A model generated the notes under the pieces. It saw only the letters and a list, made by a program, of their open reading frames with translations. It was not told the DNA's origin and did no database searches. The translations under genes and the position numbers were made by a program. A stretch of 64,000 bases of DNA from Takakia lepidozioides (taxonomy: Eukaryota > Plantae > Bryophyta): the NCBI GenBank assembly GCA_030704615.1, contig CM060734.1, positions 16,616,001 through 16,680,000 on the forward strand, in the 5' to 3' direction. Shown in pieces: positions 22,500 to 36,238 of the stretch (position 1 is the stretch's first letter; each line of letters begins with the position of its first letter).

Positions 22500-24636
22500 G
22501 CCACTGCCAACAGAGAGGTATGCAACGATAATAATTCCCGACCTGGACCGTCAAGACCCTCCATAGCTTCTCGTGTGGACGTATTCGACATTTCCGACGA
22601 TGAAGATGAGTGCATTGAGGTCCCCATGTCTTTCACACGGTCGTTCAAATCTGACATGGACGTCTCTGCAGGTGCTACGCAAGTACTCTCGAGCATAACT
22701 CCAACCCGGTCCATTGTGCAGCTCCTACGGCAACATCACCTCGATGGTTCTCGCTCCGAGCTGGCTGCTCTCGACTATGCCAAATTTCCGGTCAGGAAGG
22801 TAACGTATCTGCCTCCCGAAGTCGATGGCAATGTCATCTTCAAGTTTGCACCTGTCACTTCCTCAAACAAAGCCTCAGGGATGTTAACAGACATGGATCG
22901 AAAGCATGATGGACACCCCTGGTGTGTGACGAAGACCAGTAGCACGAAAATTGCTGATGGTGTTCGTGTACAATACGTCCTCTGTGCGGGGAAGCTGAGG
23001 TGCCTGAATCCTGCCTGCTTCCACTTTCTTTCCAAAAGAGGGCGGAGAAACGAGACGGATTGGACTGGCACAACGCATCATCCATTCATTGTCTCCAGCC
23101 AAGCTCCTGCGGGTACTTTCAAGTGCGCACATTGCAAAGAACCACCGACGTGCATGTCCATGTGCAGAGCCAAGCAATATTACGTAATCCATTTGCTCCC
23201 GGACTTGACTAGAGCTTGCATACACGTTGGGGTCCACTGCCACCCCTTGGCGAGAGGCAACATGCGTGAGGCTGTGCAGGAAGCACACGACATCATAAAA
23301 GAGGAGGTGAAATTGAGCCCCGGAGCAAGACCAAAGCAGATTCAGCTGAAGGCAGCCCACAAGATTGCTCTTGGAAAAATCATGTCTGAAGATGGTTCAG
23401 ACCGAGTGCCCTTGAACGAAAAGGAGATGCTTGACCTGTTGGAGTCCGTCTCGCACGTTTGTAGTCCGAATGTGCGGAATCACATCGTATCTTGCAAGCA
23501 GGAGTTCGGCCGGGGGTCGGACATGCACTCAATCCTGGAGGTGAAATGAATGACTGGATATGACTACATCCAAGGTAGCAGGTTTCCAGGGCAAGGCAGC
23601 GAATCCGATCGTTGTTACATTTTTAAAATGTCGACGTGTGGGCCTAGGAGTGGAGTCGACTTGGTCACTCGCATGACAACTGGAAACCTGTCGAATGCTT
23701 GGGTGATGTTTGATCACATCAAGCGAATTACAAACCATTAGTGGGTGACTATGGGTGCGCATGTTTATGACTATCACTCCAAGAGGCTCATGACGATTGC
23801 AATCTGTGAGATGAAAGGGGAGGACAACAGTCGGAGATGCATCTGTGGGAGGGCATAAACGAGCAGATGGCAAGGGCAGGATTGCCAGAGCCCAATTTCA
23901 GGGGATTCATGGCAGACAACGCTCAGGCCAACTGGGCAGCGGTGCGGCGTGTGTACGGTGAGGACCCCAATGTTCCAATGGAGGGGAAAGAGAGATCCTG
24001 TGGATTCCATTGGATGCAGAGTCTATCCCACTACACTACCAAATTTGTTGTTAGCTCATTCCAGGCTGAACACCGTGTCCTTTGTACGGCGTGGAAGGAT
24101 GCACCCACATTTGATGACGCGGAGGTTAAGTTTGCTATCATCGAGGCTTGGTGGAACACGTCAGGTGCAGTGGAGACAACCAATATGGGAGCCTTGCACA
24201 ACTGGTTGGGGTGGTGGCATTTTCCGGTATCGACAGTTCGGACAGTACATGCGGGAGGTATGATCCTGTCATTTTCGTGCAATTGTCTTTCTATTACGGA
24301 CCTTTCCATTGGTTCCTCACCATTGTCTGTGTCCTTGTAGGAGCGGTGCTTGGATTCCGACACGGACATGCCGAACACGAATATGGCAGAATCAGTGCAC
24401 TCCTCCTGGCGAGCGTCTTCTGCCGCACATCTGGTGGACGTAGTGACGGCCACAACAGAGGACATCGATAGAGCAATCATGCAGCAAGCCACGTACTACA
24501 AGTTCCTGAGCGGGAAACAATGGGGCTTTGGGCCGGACAGGGAGGAATTGTTGGTGCGAACAGCTTCGAGGTCGAAGAATCCACTGAAATGGGCGACAGC
24601 ATTGCGAGAGAAGATCAAAGGGACGCCTCTGCACCG
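22500..24636 (+). pseudogene. Mutator-like (MULE) DDE transposase with an N-terminal GCM/WRKY-type zinc domain, 5' part
   Basis: DGHPW..CAGKLRC.NPAC..CAHC..C..HVGVHCHP (GCM-like). VMFDH (D), FMADNAQAN (D), SCGFHW (CxxH), TNMAESVHSSW (E). Stops at 23547 and 23739, frameshifts, probable intron at about 24258-24340. Confidence 0.8.
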
Positions 24637-26760
24637 TTTGACAACATGCACAACAAGACGTGGTCTCCTGGGATGCAATGATCGTAGGATATGCTCTACA
24701 AAGGCGCAACAGTGTGCTTGACAGTCGCTTAAGCATCATAAGTAACTACAGCATCTTGAGCAGAGCTCTCCCAGTGCCACGACAGTAGGGCAGACCAGCG
24801 CGGGAAGAGCAGGAGCTGCAGATTTGGCAGCGTGAAGATGAAGAGACCTTGCAAAACCAGACTGTTCCTACTATGAGGGCATTTCAGGCTGGTATCCCAT
24901 ACCCTTTACCTCTCCCCCCACTCTTCATGTGTTCAAAGATATCTGAATATGTTGAACATGGTTCTGGCATAGAGGCTTTCACGACATCACGAAAGGGCAA
25001 AGCGGTGCATACTAACTTCGTCCAAGCAGTAATTGAATCTGTTAGTCTTCTAGAGACTACCCCCACTGCCATGAATTACACAAGTGGTTGCTTGAACTTA
25101 GATGCATGCCATGTATTTTACAACATGACTTTCCGAACGGTGGTCTCATGGAGCGCCATAGTTGAGGAGCGTGTGATGCAGCGGGAGAACTGGCTGCGCT
25201 CGAAAGAGAAAGAGCGGCGGCTACAGCAGCAGACCATGCTAGAGATGGACTCACCTCAGCATACACAAGGTTCTTTGCCTCTATGCCTCAACTCGTCTCT
25301 GTTTCACTCAGCTCTGCTTATCACCCACAGTCCCCCGACACATCACAAGAGCCTGGCAGCCATGGAAAAGCGCAAAGCTATACCTGATGACATCATCAAA
25401 GCTGTAGTTGTTCCAAATGTCATTCTGCACACTGCCCTGGCAGATCTGGAAAAGGGCATAGAGGTCCATGGCGACATCTTCAGAGCTGGAATTGTACCAA
25501 CTGTCATTCTGAACAATACCCTAGTGGACATGTATGCAAAATGTGGCCGGTGCATCGAGGATGCAAAGGGAGTGTTTGACGCTATGGCTGAACGAGATAC
25601 GGTGTCATGGAATGCAATGCTTGAAGATTCTGCTGCAGTTGTACCAAATGTCATTCTACACACTGCCATGGCAGATCTGGAAAAGGGCAATGAGATCCAT
25701 GGCGACATCTTCAGAGCTGGAATTGTCCCCACTGTCATTTTGAACAATACCCTGGTGGACATGTATGCAAAATGTGGGTGCATCAAGGATGCAAAGAGAG
25801 TGTTTGACACTATGGCTGAACGAGATATGGTGTCGTGGAAGGTGATGCTTGAAGGTTCTGCTGTAGCTGTACCAAATGTCATTCTGCACACTGCCCTGGC
25901 AGATCGGAAATGGGCAATGAGGTCCATGGCGACATCCTTAGACCTGGAATTGTACCAACTGTCATTCTGAACAATACCCTGGTGGACATGTATGCAAAAG
26001 GTGGGCTTGCTGACATCATCAAAGCTGGAGCTGTACCAAATGTCATTCTGAACACTGCCCTGGCAGCTCGGGTAAAGGGCAAAGAAGTCCATGGCGACAT
26101 CGTCAGGGCTGGAATTGTAATGAACGAGAAAGAGCTGCAGCAGCAACAGCAGCAGACTATACTAGAGGTGGAGAGACAAACTCTTGTCAACATGTATGCC
26201 AAGTGTGGATGCCCGCTGGATGCCCGCCAAGTGTTCGACAAAATGCCTGAACAAACTGGGTGCTTTTGGAACATAATGTTAGCAGGGTATGCGAAGCATG
26301 GATGTGGGAAAGAGGCTTTCGAGATCTATGAGCAAATGATGAGGGAAGGGCTGATTCCTGACAGGGTCTTTTTCATTTGCATTCTCAATGCGTGTGCAAG
26401 CCAAGGTGCACTGCAGGAAGGCAAACAGGTCCATATGAACATCTTCAAAGCTGGAACTGCGCCAGTTATCAATCTGGAGAACACCCTGTTGACATTTATG
26501 CCACATGCGAGAGTATAGAGGATGCACGTCACGTGTTTGGCTGGGATCTTGGGAACAAAGAGTGGCCGACACTCATCATTCTGGACACTACCTTGGTCGA
26601 CATGAATGCCAAATGTGGCAACATAAATGATGCACGCCAAGTGTTTGACGATATGCGTCAATGCAATGTGGCCTCATGGAATGCAATGATTACAGGATAT
26701 GCCCCCTATGGGTGTGGTAGGAAGGCTTCAGAGGTCTATGCGCAATTAATTAATGACTTC
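24637..26760 (+). pseudogene. Mosaic of PLS-class pentatricopeptide repeat (PPR) fragments, partly tandemly duplicated, with polyQ/coiled-coil scraps
   Basis: Repeated GxEIHGDIFRAGIVPTVILNNTLVDMYAKCG..DAKRVFDTMAERDxVSW with a period of about 240 bp. WNIMLAGYAKHGCGKEAFEIYEQM..PDRVFFICILNACAS. Frameshifts and missing helices. Confidence 0.85.
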
Positions 26761-29065
26761 AATTGGCTGAAGGTCTTGGAGACTACCCAACTGACCATAA
26801 CCTGGCGACAAATGTGCACTTCTATCATGGCTCCAAAGCGACCAGGGATATTGCTGCTATGCACAAATTTGCGAGTAAGTACAAACCACCCAGGCCAGCA
26901 CTCAGCTTATCTCAACACGAGACCTCATCTGAACACAGCACCATGCAGATCTTCTATTCAAGCCCATCTCAGATATGCTGTTGCAGCTACTAATGGAGAT
27001 CTCGCAGCCAGAACCCTACTATGAGCCTCGCCTTCAGGCTTTTTTAAATACTACCACATCCCAGGCATATCAGTTTTGCGAAATTCCACGGCAACTAACT
27101 GTTGTACGAGGGCTGACTACCCAGCAGCTATTCTGGCCACGCCTCCACACCCGACCACACCAAAGCTTCTTGAGTCCTAGGGAACATTCTTACCCCCCGC
27201 CATATTTGTATCAAGACACAACCAATGCCCATCACAACCATACCTGTCTACCAATCCCATCACCCCCAAATATTCATCCATCGCACCCCTCTACCCGATA
27301 CCCAATACATTCATTTAAAACTCCGCCAAATACAAATACCCTCACACTAGATACAAAGAATACACTTTCATCCATGCCCCCATTAGGCGCCATCCATTCA
27401 AGCTCCCCACCTACCTCTCTTATAGCCACCACATTAAACACTATAACCCCCACCTATCCACGGCCCATAATATACCTATATCAATCTCATAATATTGGCC
27501 CCCAAATAAATTACCCATCAATAGACTCCCCTTTACATTCATCAACGACCAGCTCTACTATTATCCACAACATTACCCCTCACTATAGACTTCAACCGCG
27601 CCCTCACACTACTTACCCCCGTTCCCTCAAAATCCAATTTATAACCCACTGCCCACATGGGAGATATCACCAGAAACCTCTCGCATCTAAACATTCCTCT
27701 CACCATCCACCGTCCCACTTTAAGTCCTATAAATTTGCCTGAGAAACGCTTATACTACTACGCTGCGGCAACATCCACCCAAACCCAGGCCCCTCAACCA
27801 TCACTAGCATCATCAACAAGCTTTCAAAGGACCATAAAGACATATATGCACTATATTTCCAAACAAACACTGTCTCACTCGTACCTGCATATCAACACCT
27901 TAGTGGCCACTTCTCTCCCTTTCTCCCCAGCCCTTCCACCAATAACCGCAAACCCACACACCCAATCGCCACCTTTGGGCTCCCTACCTGCCAACACCCA
28001 TCTCTAGTCAATGCCACCTATAAACTTAGCACATACCCCATACAACACCTCATATTCTCACTAATCATCATCATCTCCCCAATATCCTCAATATGCAATG
28101 ACTACTTTCGAACCCAACCAGACACACACATTTGTTCACTACTACAACAACTGCATGATTTACCCACACTACCTCACAGATATCTAGCACCCCCACACTA
28201 CCTACACAACCTCCACGAATCTCTCGGCCTACTACAAGCCAAGCCCGGAGAAGTCCATAGGATTCTCGGCGAACACCTGGCACACCCAATTGCACCCATA
28301 CACGAGCTAGGTACTATCGCCAACAAATTCCCATTCATCTCCAAAAACAAATTCTTACTGCAACCCTTCAGGTCAAGACAGGCATCCCTAGATATCAACC
28401 CCTGCCCATGACACCACCATCCACCACCCCCTCCTACATGCCCAGCTCCACCAGTGACCCACCTCCAACACCCCCTAGATCCCACAGTCCCCCACACACC
28501 TCCTCCCCCTAGCAAGCACACACACTCAACATACTTACTTGGAATGTAGGATCACTTGCCACTAGCATTCAAAGCCTTATCCATCTCATGGATTCTACAC
28601 CCCCGCATATCATCATATTACAAGAAACTAAACTTAACACACACAACCCCAATAGTTCCTATATCAACAAACTCCTTCCAGCCTACTATATATTGTATGG
28701 TAACTCATTCACAGCCGCACAGTGCCTAACTAGACGTTCCACGCCATACCATCCTCCTCGGGGTGGGGTGGCTTTTGGTATCCTCCGCACACATCACTCC
28801 CCTAGTACCACGGTCAAAATACTTGTCGCTCTCCCCTTCCGATCACACCTTCAAATCATCAAACTACACCTCCCCGCGCTCCCCCCAATTATCCTTATAC
28901 ACTTGTACATGTCGTCACACGCCGAAGATCTCCCCTTGATCCCTGATATCCTACTCACCATCACCAACACACTCACCCAATCCTCCATCCACCCCCAGCG
29001 CTACATTCTAGCAGGCGATTTCAACAGGGACATTGCCCTCATGGGTCACACATACAACGGTATAC
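26761..29065 (+). mobile_element. Truncated LINE: C/A-rich upstream region and APE endonuclease domain (about 28530-29065)
   Basis: LTWNVGS..IIILQETKL..RGGVAF..HLYM..ILAGDFNRD. Confidence 0.75.
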
Positions 29066-32000
29066 ACTTGGGGGGGTCACTATCAAAACCACGTGAGAAC
29101 AAATATAGGGTGCGATTTATTTTTTTGAGGTAAAATTTAGAAAAAAATAAATAAAAAATACTTAAAGAATATGGTAGGAAAATATCCTTTCACCCAGTTT
29201 TTTTAAAAGAAGGGTCACCAAAAATCCAGAGTTTTACTTTAAAAGTTAATGTAATAAAGGGTTTTATCTACAGTATAATGTATCCATCCTTATGAAGTTT
29301 ATCATATTTCATCCAGCTCTAACTGTAGATGCACAATTTAACGCGCGGAATATTTTTTGAGTGTTTTTTAGGCAAGGAGAGCCGATTTGTACACAGACAG
29401 CGACGAAACATGACCATTTGTATCAGAAACGACGAAACATCGACATGGCTACTAGAATGGCCAACAAATGGAAGAGGTCTGCGACGTCCATGAAGCCAAA
29501 GCGCTCAGGAGTTTATATAACTAGGGTACCTGCAAGGAGCAGCAGGGCGTGCGATTCCGGTCGACCGTTCGAACATATAGGGGCCGATTAAAACGACTGC
29601 AGGCAACAGTCTGCTGCCTGTTCCTCACCTCGACATTCGATCGCTATTCAAACAGAGGCAAGTTAGGAGAGCTTGACCTCCATGACAAACTACCCACTGG
29701 GTTATTCTTTCAACGACATGGTTGACAACAGTATCGCAATTCCAGGTAGAAATTTCCACGTTGCTTCAATGCAGTTCATGAAGACGCCGGAGGTGTGGAG
29801 CACAATGCTCATGATACGATTTCATTTTCATGCTCGGATAAGTCGGTGACAGGGATCAACTATGGGTTCCCCTGTGTTTTAGTTCATTCATGCAAAACAG
29901 ACACTGCAGTGCGGCAAGTTGCAGACTACTGGCAGTGATCTATTTTTCCCAGGAGGACAAGTCCACCTTTTGGTATGGTTTCAATTCAAGGAGCTTCCAA
30001 GGAGTCTTGGTCTCCTACAAGAAATCCTAAAGAGGTTTTATCCAGCGGTAACGGCCGACTGGGATTTTGTTGTGTTAAGTACCTTCAGCTAACAGGACGA
30101 GGCCGGAATCGAGCGCTGTTTGTGGAGGGATTTTTATGATGTGGTTAAAAGGGAGAAAAGATGATGTGGAAGGAGTTTCAGCCCCTGGCGTTGATCTTTT
30201 CCCAATCAAAAAATTATGCTATGCGTTGAAACATAGTTTTCACGTGCAATTGTCGCTTGTTTGTTTTTTATGGCTGATGGTTGGACCACATGAACTTGAA
30301 GTTTGGTGGGTGTTTCAAGCATACCACAAGGGAGTTTGTGGCTAAGTTTCAAAACATTTGGAGGAAGTTAGCAACAATTCACTATTTTTGAGGTTTTCGG
30401 GCGACCGTGGCCAAGAGAAATTCATTTTGATGGGATTTTTGGGTCCACAAGAATTAGCACCGCCCCCAACCAGCTGGTTGGATGATTTGTGCCACCTACC
30501 AACCAAAAAGTGGTTGATTGCCTATTCCATCCAAGGATTTTGGATGTCATCCATGTTTTTTTTATAGTATTTCTAGTATAAGTAGATTAGGAGGTGAGCT
30601 TGCTCACCACTTCAAACACTTCATTCCTTGTTTTTGCTTGTTAGTTGCTTGTTAGTTAGTTGCTTAGAAGATAGCTTGAGAAGTTTGCTTTATGTTTTGG
30701 CAACTAGCTTTGAAGTCCTAGATTGCTTGTGGCTTATAGCTTAGCCTAGATGTTTTAGGCAAGCTTGGAGGAATCATCTAGTGTGCTAGGGAGACTAGAG
30801 AGATCCTAGGACCTAGTGTGTAAGGGCCAAGAGCCATTTTTATGTGGAAAAAAAAAACATCTTCCCCAAAAAGCAAAGAGGTTTTGTCATTTGAGAGTGT
30901 GGTGAGCCCTTGAGGAGTGAAGAGGAGGTAGGAGCAACAAACCCCATAGGAGAGGTGAGCACTACCCCTTCCCTTCAAGTTTTGGTAGCCTACTTAGCCA
31001 AGTGACCCCCTTTGAGTGGAGAAAAGAGAGTCTTAGCCTTTGTTCATGTGTGTGTGTTTTTTTTTTCTTGTCTCTTGCTTGTCCATTGTTGTTGGAAGCT
31101 TATATCTAACCTTAGCTTGGTCCTAACTACCCAAGGAGTAGTAGGAGCTTGGGGAAAGAGAGAGACTAACTCTCCTTAGTGGCCAAGAGGCCCAAAGAGT
31201 TGTCATTTTTATCCATGTTTTGTCTTTTGGCTTAAGAGTGTAAAGATCTAACCTAGGAGTGCTAACCATACAGTGGAGTAACTCTAAAGTGGGTGTGGGT
31301 TCTCTTTATGTTGGCCACTAGGCCTTGGTGTTGTTCAAATTGATGAAACACTAACCCTTGACCTCCAAGACTAACCATGCAAGGGTTAGCTAGTTCAAGC
31401 TTGGAATAAATAGGGGTGTTAGTTTTCTTTTGTCATTTGAGAGTTGAAGGAAGAGAATCTAGAGCAACTAGATCTAACCTTCTCTAGACCTCATCACTAG
31501 GCTTCATTTTCCCTCATGGAAGAGAGAAGAAATCAAAGAGGTAGGAAGAAAGAATATTTTTAGTTTCATTTTTTGTTTTGTTCCATGTCGCTAGAAATTT
31601 AAATAGCTTCCCAACCCAATTTTTTGTGTGTGATTTCATTGAGTTTAGACTTCATAGCTTATAAGCTTTGGGGGGGCTTAGTGTTGAATGACTAGTATGT
31701 TCTTTTGGTGTTGTTTGACTAACCCCAAGGGTTAGTCAAACCCAAAATGGTTGGCATGCTATGGGGATGGGTTGGTTTTCTTTTCAGGCATGATGGGCTT
31801 TAAGGTGGGCCATGATGATGGTTCAATGACTTAAGTCAATAGCCAAAGTGGCTATTGCATGGTATTAAGCACGAACCACGAGACAAAGAGGGAGAGCGTT
31901 GACTGGCGCTCCCACGGCTGTCGGTCTGCGCGGCAATCACGAGCAGGGAGGGCGCGTTCAAATCCGAGTTAGACCTTGTGGTTTAAGCCTTTACCCGCTG

Positions 32001-32820
32001 GTTAAAGTGTTAGACCAGGGTGCGGGACCTGCGCCAGAGCCACTGGCGCTACGCCACGCCGCGGCTGGCAGGTCCGGCGACCGCCGGATAAAGGCATCTT
32101 CTACTACCCAGCGGTCCCCCATATTAAGGGGGTGACCATTTAATATTTTTTAGGGAGGCTAATATAGCTTGAAACTTATGGATGGTGCATTAGGGGGAGT
32201 TTTGGTGGCTAGTCTTGAATTCTAAGGGGCTGCCAAGGTCACCTCGGTGCCGTCGTTTAGAGTCATAAGAGATGGCTTAGAGCCAAGATGGCTTTGCGGG
32301 GGTAACACGAGACACCTCGGCAAGAGAAAGAGGGAGGAAAGTCCATAGAAATCGAACCAAGGTTTTCGGGGTTTCAAACGAGAGAGACGACCGGATCTTT
32401 GACACGTGGCCTTGGGTAGGGATTTCTTGGATGGATGATGGCGGATGAAATAAGCAGTATTTCATCCATAGGATGGATGTAGGATGATAAATGCAGTTTT
32501 TCATCCGCTGTTTGACAAGTCATTTTAGCTCTAGGGGGGGTTTGAACCTAGGACCTAGAGGCTAGGGGCTATGTATTAAGGGCCTAGGGGGTTGTTGGAC
32601 TCATTGGGCCAATTCCCTATGGTTCCTACATCTTGATAAGGGTTTTTGGGCGATGAAAGGGGGTTAGAGAATTATATGGAGGCCAAGCCATAGGTCATTG
32701 GAGAGCTTAGATGAATTCCTACCTTATGTCTATTTTTCTAGAATTAGTGAATTTCCAGCCTCAGTAATTGATTTTGAAGTGTGTTTTCTGTGTGGAAAAT
32801 TACCAGAAAATAGGGATAGA
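29066..32820. other. Unclassified repeat-like DNA (possible DNA-transposon end near 29070; LTR-like stretch at about 30560-31850)
   Basis: Interrupts the LINE abruptly. It starts GGGGGTCACTAT, resembling the reverse complement of the MULE end at 47834 (GGTTTACTAT). No convincing ORF. Confidence 0.3.
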
Positions 32821-34047
32821 GGTAAATAGGGTTTCACTCCTTAATTAGCCATAATTAAGGGTAATTAAACAAATCTCCAGGGCCATCATAAGCTGCATTT
32901 TTCATCCGGTTCAGATGAAAAAGTTAATAAGTTCATCTAATTGGAGAAGGTCCATCATTAGGATGGAAAAACAGTACATATCATCCAAGGCAGCGGTTTC
33001 TCATCCTAACAGGTAATTCATCATCCCCTAAGAAAAGCCTCGTCCAGTACGGAAAAAAAGGCCATAAAGGAGGAATAAAACGAATTAATATCCTGGTATT
33101 TTTCATCCGGTATGGATGGAAAAATCATAGATAGGATGCCAGTGTCAACCCCTACAGAGGTAATTCCTCATTCTCTGGTGACTCATCTGGTATAGATGAA
33201 AGTCAATAAAAGATGAATGAAAAAATCATAGACCCATTTTAGAGGTATTTTAGTGTCCACCCTGTCATAATCCATCCGGTATAGATGGAAGAACAGGAAA
33301 TTAACACTGATAAAAGCGGCCAATTCCAAGGAGGGAGGGAGAGAGAGGGAGAGAGAGGGATCCCACCAACCAGCCCCCGGTATGGCAGTCCCTTATGGAG
33401 TGAGTGTGTTATGCACTCACCCCGTAAGGGAGTACATACCAGACCCCTTCATAAGGTTTCTCCCTCTTCAAAGTAGATTCCAACCCCCGGATAGTTTTGC
33501 CATAGGGGCTGGAAAATGCCTACTTCCTCGCCTTTCCATGTTTAAGGATCAATAAATGGGTGTCATGGATCAGCAAACATGGATAAGAGAACAATGTACA
33601 AACCCACTCCAAGACAAGTGTAACGCAGGATGGTAGCAACCTGCTATACACCGTCCTGGTTTTAAGGCCAGTTTTTCCAAAGGTATGATAAGCAGTAGCA
33701 TATCACATATGCATATTTGCTTAGTGGTGCTACATAGAGCAAAGCCACTTGTAGAGAGGTATGAAAGCATATGAGCCTAAGAGTGTCTAAAACTGATACA
33801 AGGCATCAGCTACAGGATACCATCTAACACGAGTAGTGTGCATTGACCGGATCATGTAGAAGGTATACATACACTCCTGCAGGTGGTTTTACCTGGGCCT
33901 AGCTCAATATATCAATATGAAGACAACATCCAAAAGCATTATGCTTACATTAAAGACCTTCGTGCTTAAAATCACCAACAAGTTTTTGCTGGAGGACATA
34001 CCTTATGAAGGTCATTGCTCCGTATCTTTGTCATGGAGGGACCTTCT
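32821..34047 (-). repeat. Non-autonomous PLE-related unit (R family), cut by the Gypsy insertion
   Basis: Reverse complement of about 48835-50050. Carries the PLE 3' hairpin at 33378-33442. Confidence 0.85.
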
Positions 34048-34972
34048 TGTTAGAGGACTGTCTGGGACTTAGACACTTATACGGGATCTGTAGGGTACCC
34101 TTAATTTTTGCACAGACTGAGACCAACAGGAGCCTTAGGGGTGACAGCAGCGCACTTTAGAAGGGGGTTACACAGCCCGTCACAGCCAACACAGCCCGTC
34201 ACAGCTTCGCACAGCCCGACACAGCCCATCACAGCCAACACAGCCACACAGCCAGTCACAGCCCGACACAGCCGGTCACAACCCGTCACAGTTTCACACA
34301 GCCAGTCACAGCTTGACACAGCTGTCACGACCATAGGGAACGGATAGCAGGACAGGGAACGACTGTGGGGAACAACACCTGCGAATGGAACATGTTAGTT
34401 CACGGACGACGGTTAGTGAGGGAAGCGGTTAGAACAACGGGTAGGAAGATAAAACTAGGAGCAAGGACTGAAGGGGGGATCACTTCTGGGTGGGGGACTT
34501 CTGGCATCAGGGCTTGGAAATAGAGGGAGAGCACATCTCTGAGTGGAAAGATGAAGAGCACGGAGTAGGAGAAGTGACGATCTGTTGTTACTTGATGAAT
34601 GCAAGCTATAGAATTGTAATGTAGAGTATATTAGAGACACCATGGCTTCAGCCTGATACTTGATAGATATTAATCTGATACACACTTCATACTCACACTG
34701 TGTAGAGAGATCTGAGTGAAGCTGTGGAATGAATGGATGAGTTGATGGAATCCGATAGATTGATGAAGCAAACTGATACTTAATTATCAATAGTAAGGTA
34801 GCTAACATGAATGCGAAAAGGAAAACAAATAGGAAACACCCCCATGATACACTAGCTGTAGGTCATGACTGATTGTTCTGAGCGGGCTGAGTACTTAGAG
34901 ATTTCCAACTCTTCTATCTTGGAGTTTCCGCCTCAGATAGCGAAGGGATGGGTGAGTAAAAGCCGCGCGACA
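34048..34972 (+). repeat. 5' LTR of the large Gypsy element (TG...CA), followed by the PBS TGGCGACCATACTGGGG (34975-34991)
   Basis: Near-identical inverted copy at 50452-51422. TSD CTTCT at 34043-34047. Internal CACAGCC tandem repeats at 34170-34330. Confidence 0.92.
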
Positions 34973-35560
34973 TTTGGCGACCATACTGGGGAACTGAGTC
35001 ATGAACAACCAGATGTGACAGGCATCTGGTGGGATCATGGTGGTTGGACCATTAAAGAATTTGAAGTGAATCAAATTCCCTGTGGAACGAAGGAAGAAAG
35101 ATTGTCCAAACAATTCTTTCAAAGGTTCTTGGAATTGCCAGACGGTTCTAAAGAAAATATTCTTAAGCGAGTGCATGATGCTGATCCGGAATGGGGTCTG
35201 GAGAAAGGAGTGATAAAGATTTATCAGGTAGCCTGTAGAGGAAGAGCACGGTGGTTACCAACATTGGTTTATGTGATAGCCTTACTATCCATTAAGCGAG
35301 TAGAGTTTGAAGGCTGGGAGGAAAGAAAAGTGAATGTTTATACTCATATGCATGAAGAGCTTGTACTGGTAAAGAATTGGATTCCAAAGGATATTTTGTG
35401 GATCAAACTCACACCAAGAACAGCTTTCCAGACTTGTTTGCCATATGGTTATATGGTAACGGAGACTTCAAGTATAGCCAAGGGTGCATTGAAGCTTGAA
35501 AGAAACCCAGGCATATACGAGAGATATTACAGAAGAGAGTTTTGGTTATTGCCACATTAA
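34865..35560 (+). CDS. Extra 5' ORF (231 aa, unknown function) starting inside the LTR and reading through the PBS
   Basis: Open ATG-initiated frame upstream of gag, followed by broken acidic frames at 35583-36191. Confidence 0.45.
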   Translation: MTDCSERAEYLEISNSSILEFPPQIAKGWVSKSRATFGDHTGELSHEQPDVTGIWWDHGGWTIKEFEVNQIPCGTKEERLSKQFFQRFLELPDGSKENILKRVHDADPEWGLEKGVIKIYQVACRGRARWLPTLVYVIALLSIKRVEFEGWEERKVNVYTHMHEELVLVKNWIPKDILWIKLTPRTAFQTCLPYGYMVTETSSIAKGALKLERNPGIYERYYRREFWLLPH

Positions 35561-36238
35561 AAAGAAATGAAAGACATGGGACATGAGTGATGAAAGAGAA
35601 GCTAGACGCCAGAGATATTCAGCAAAAAGAGAAAGCTATCTGAAAGCTAATTATCCATATCTTTGGGAGAGAGGAATAGACATAGGGGAATCATCTGGAC
35701 CTCTCACACCATTAAGATCAAAGAGTACATCACCTATACCGGAAGAACTAGAGTTGGATGCCACTCCTTCTGTTTCTTTGCAAGAAAGATTAAGGGAATT
35801 GGTACGAGAAGAAGATCAATCATGAGGTGAAAGATCTGAGGTACATCCCTGGATAAAAGATTTGACAGAAATCTTTGATAAGAGTTGGCATGGAACACCA
35901 AAAGCAGGAACTCCAGTTTATGAAGCGGAAGGTGAAGAAGTAGGAGAGGATGTGGCAGAGCCAACGGAGAGTTCAGACTCTCCAACACCATTGCAGTTGA
36001 GTTACATGAGTGAAGAAGAAACCCAAGGACAGAACTTGGAGGATGAAAACAGGGAGAAGAAATTGGAAGAGGAAGAGTATGAAGAAGTAGACCCAACAGC
36101 TGAGGTTGAGACTACAACCAGGACATCCCAACCCGTTGGACCTGGATCAAGTGGAGCACTTGGATCACAGGCCAACGAAGGTGTCGGCTGAGGGGGATCA
36201 GGCGGGCGGCCTGGATCTGGCTCTGGGGGACAGGGAGT

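Noticed and set aside
20212-22500. The 461-aa and 509-aa ORFs as single proteins
   Set aside because: Both are chimeric read-throughs into or out of the palindromic repeat array. Only the PLE part (to 21356) and the MULE part (from about 22500) are credible.
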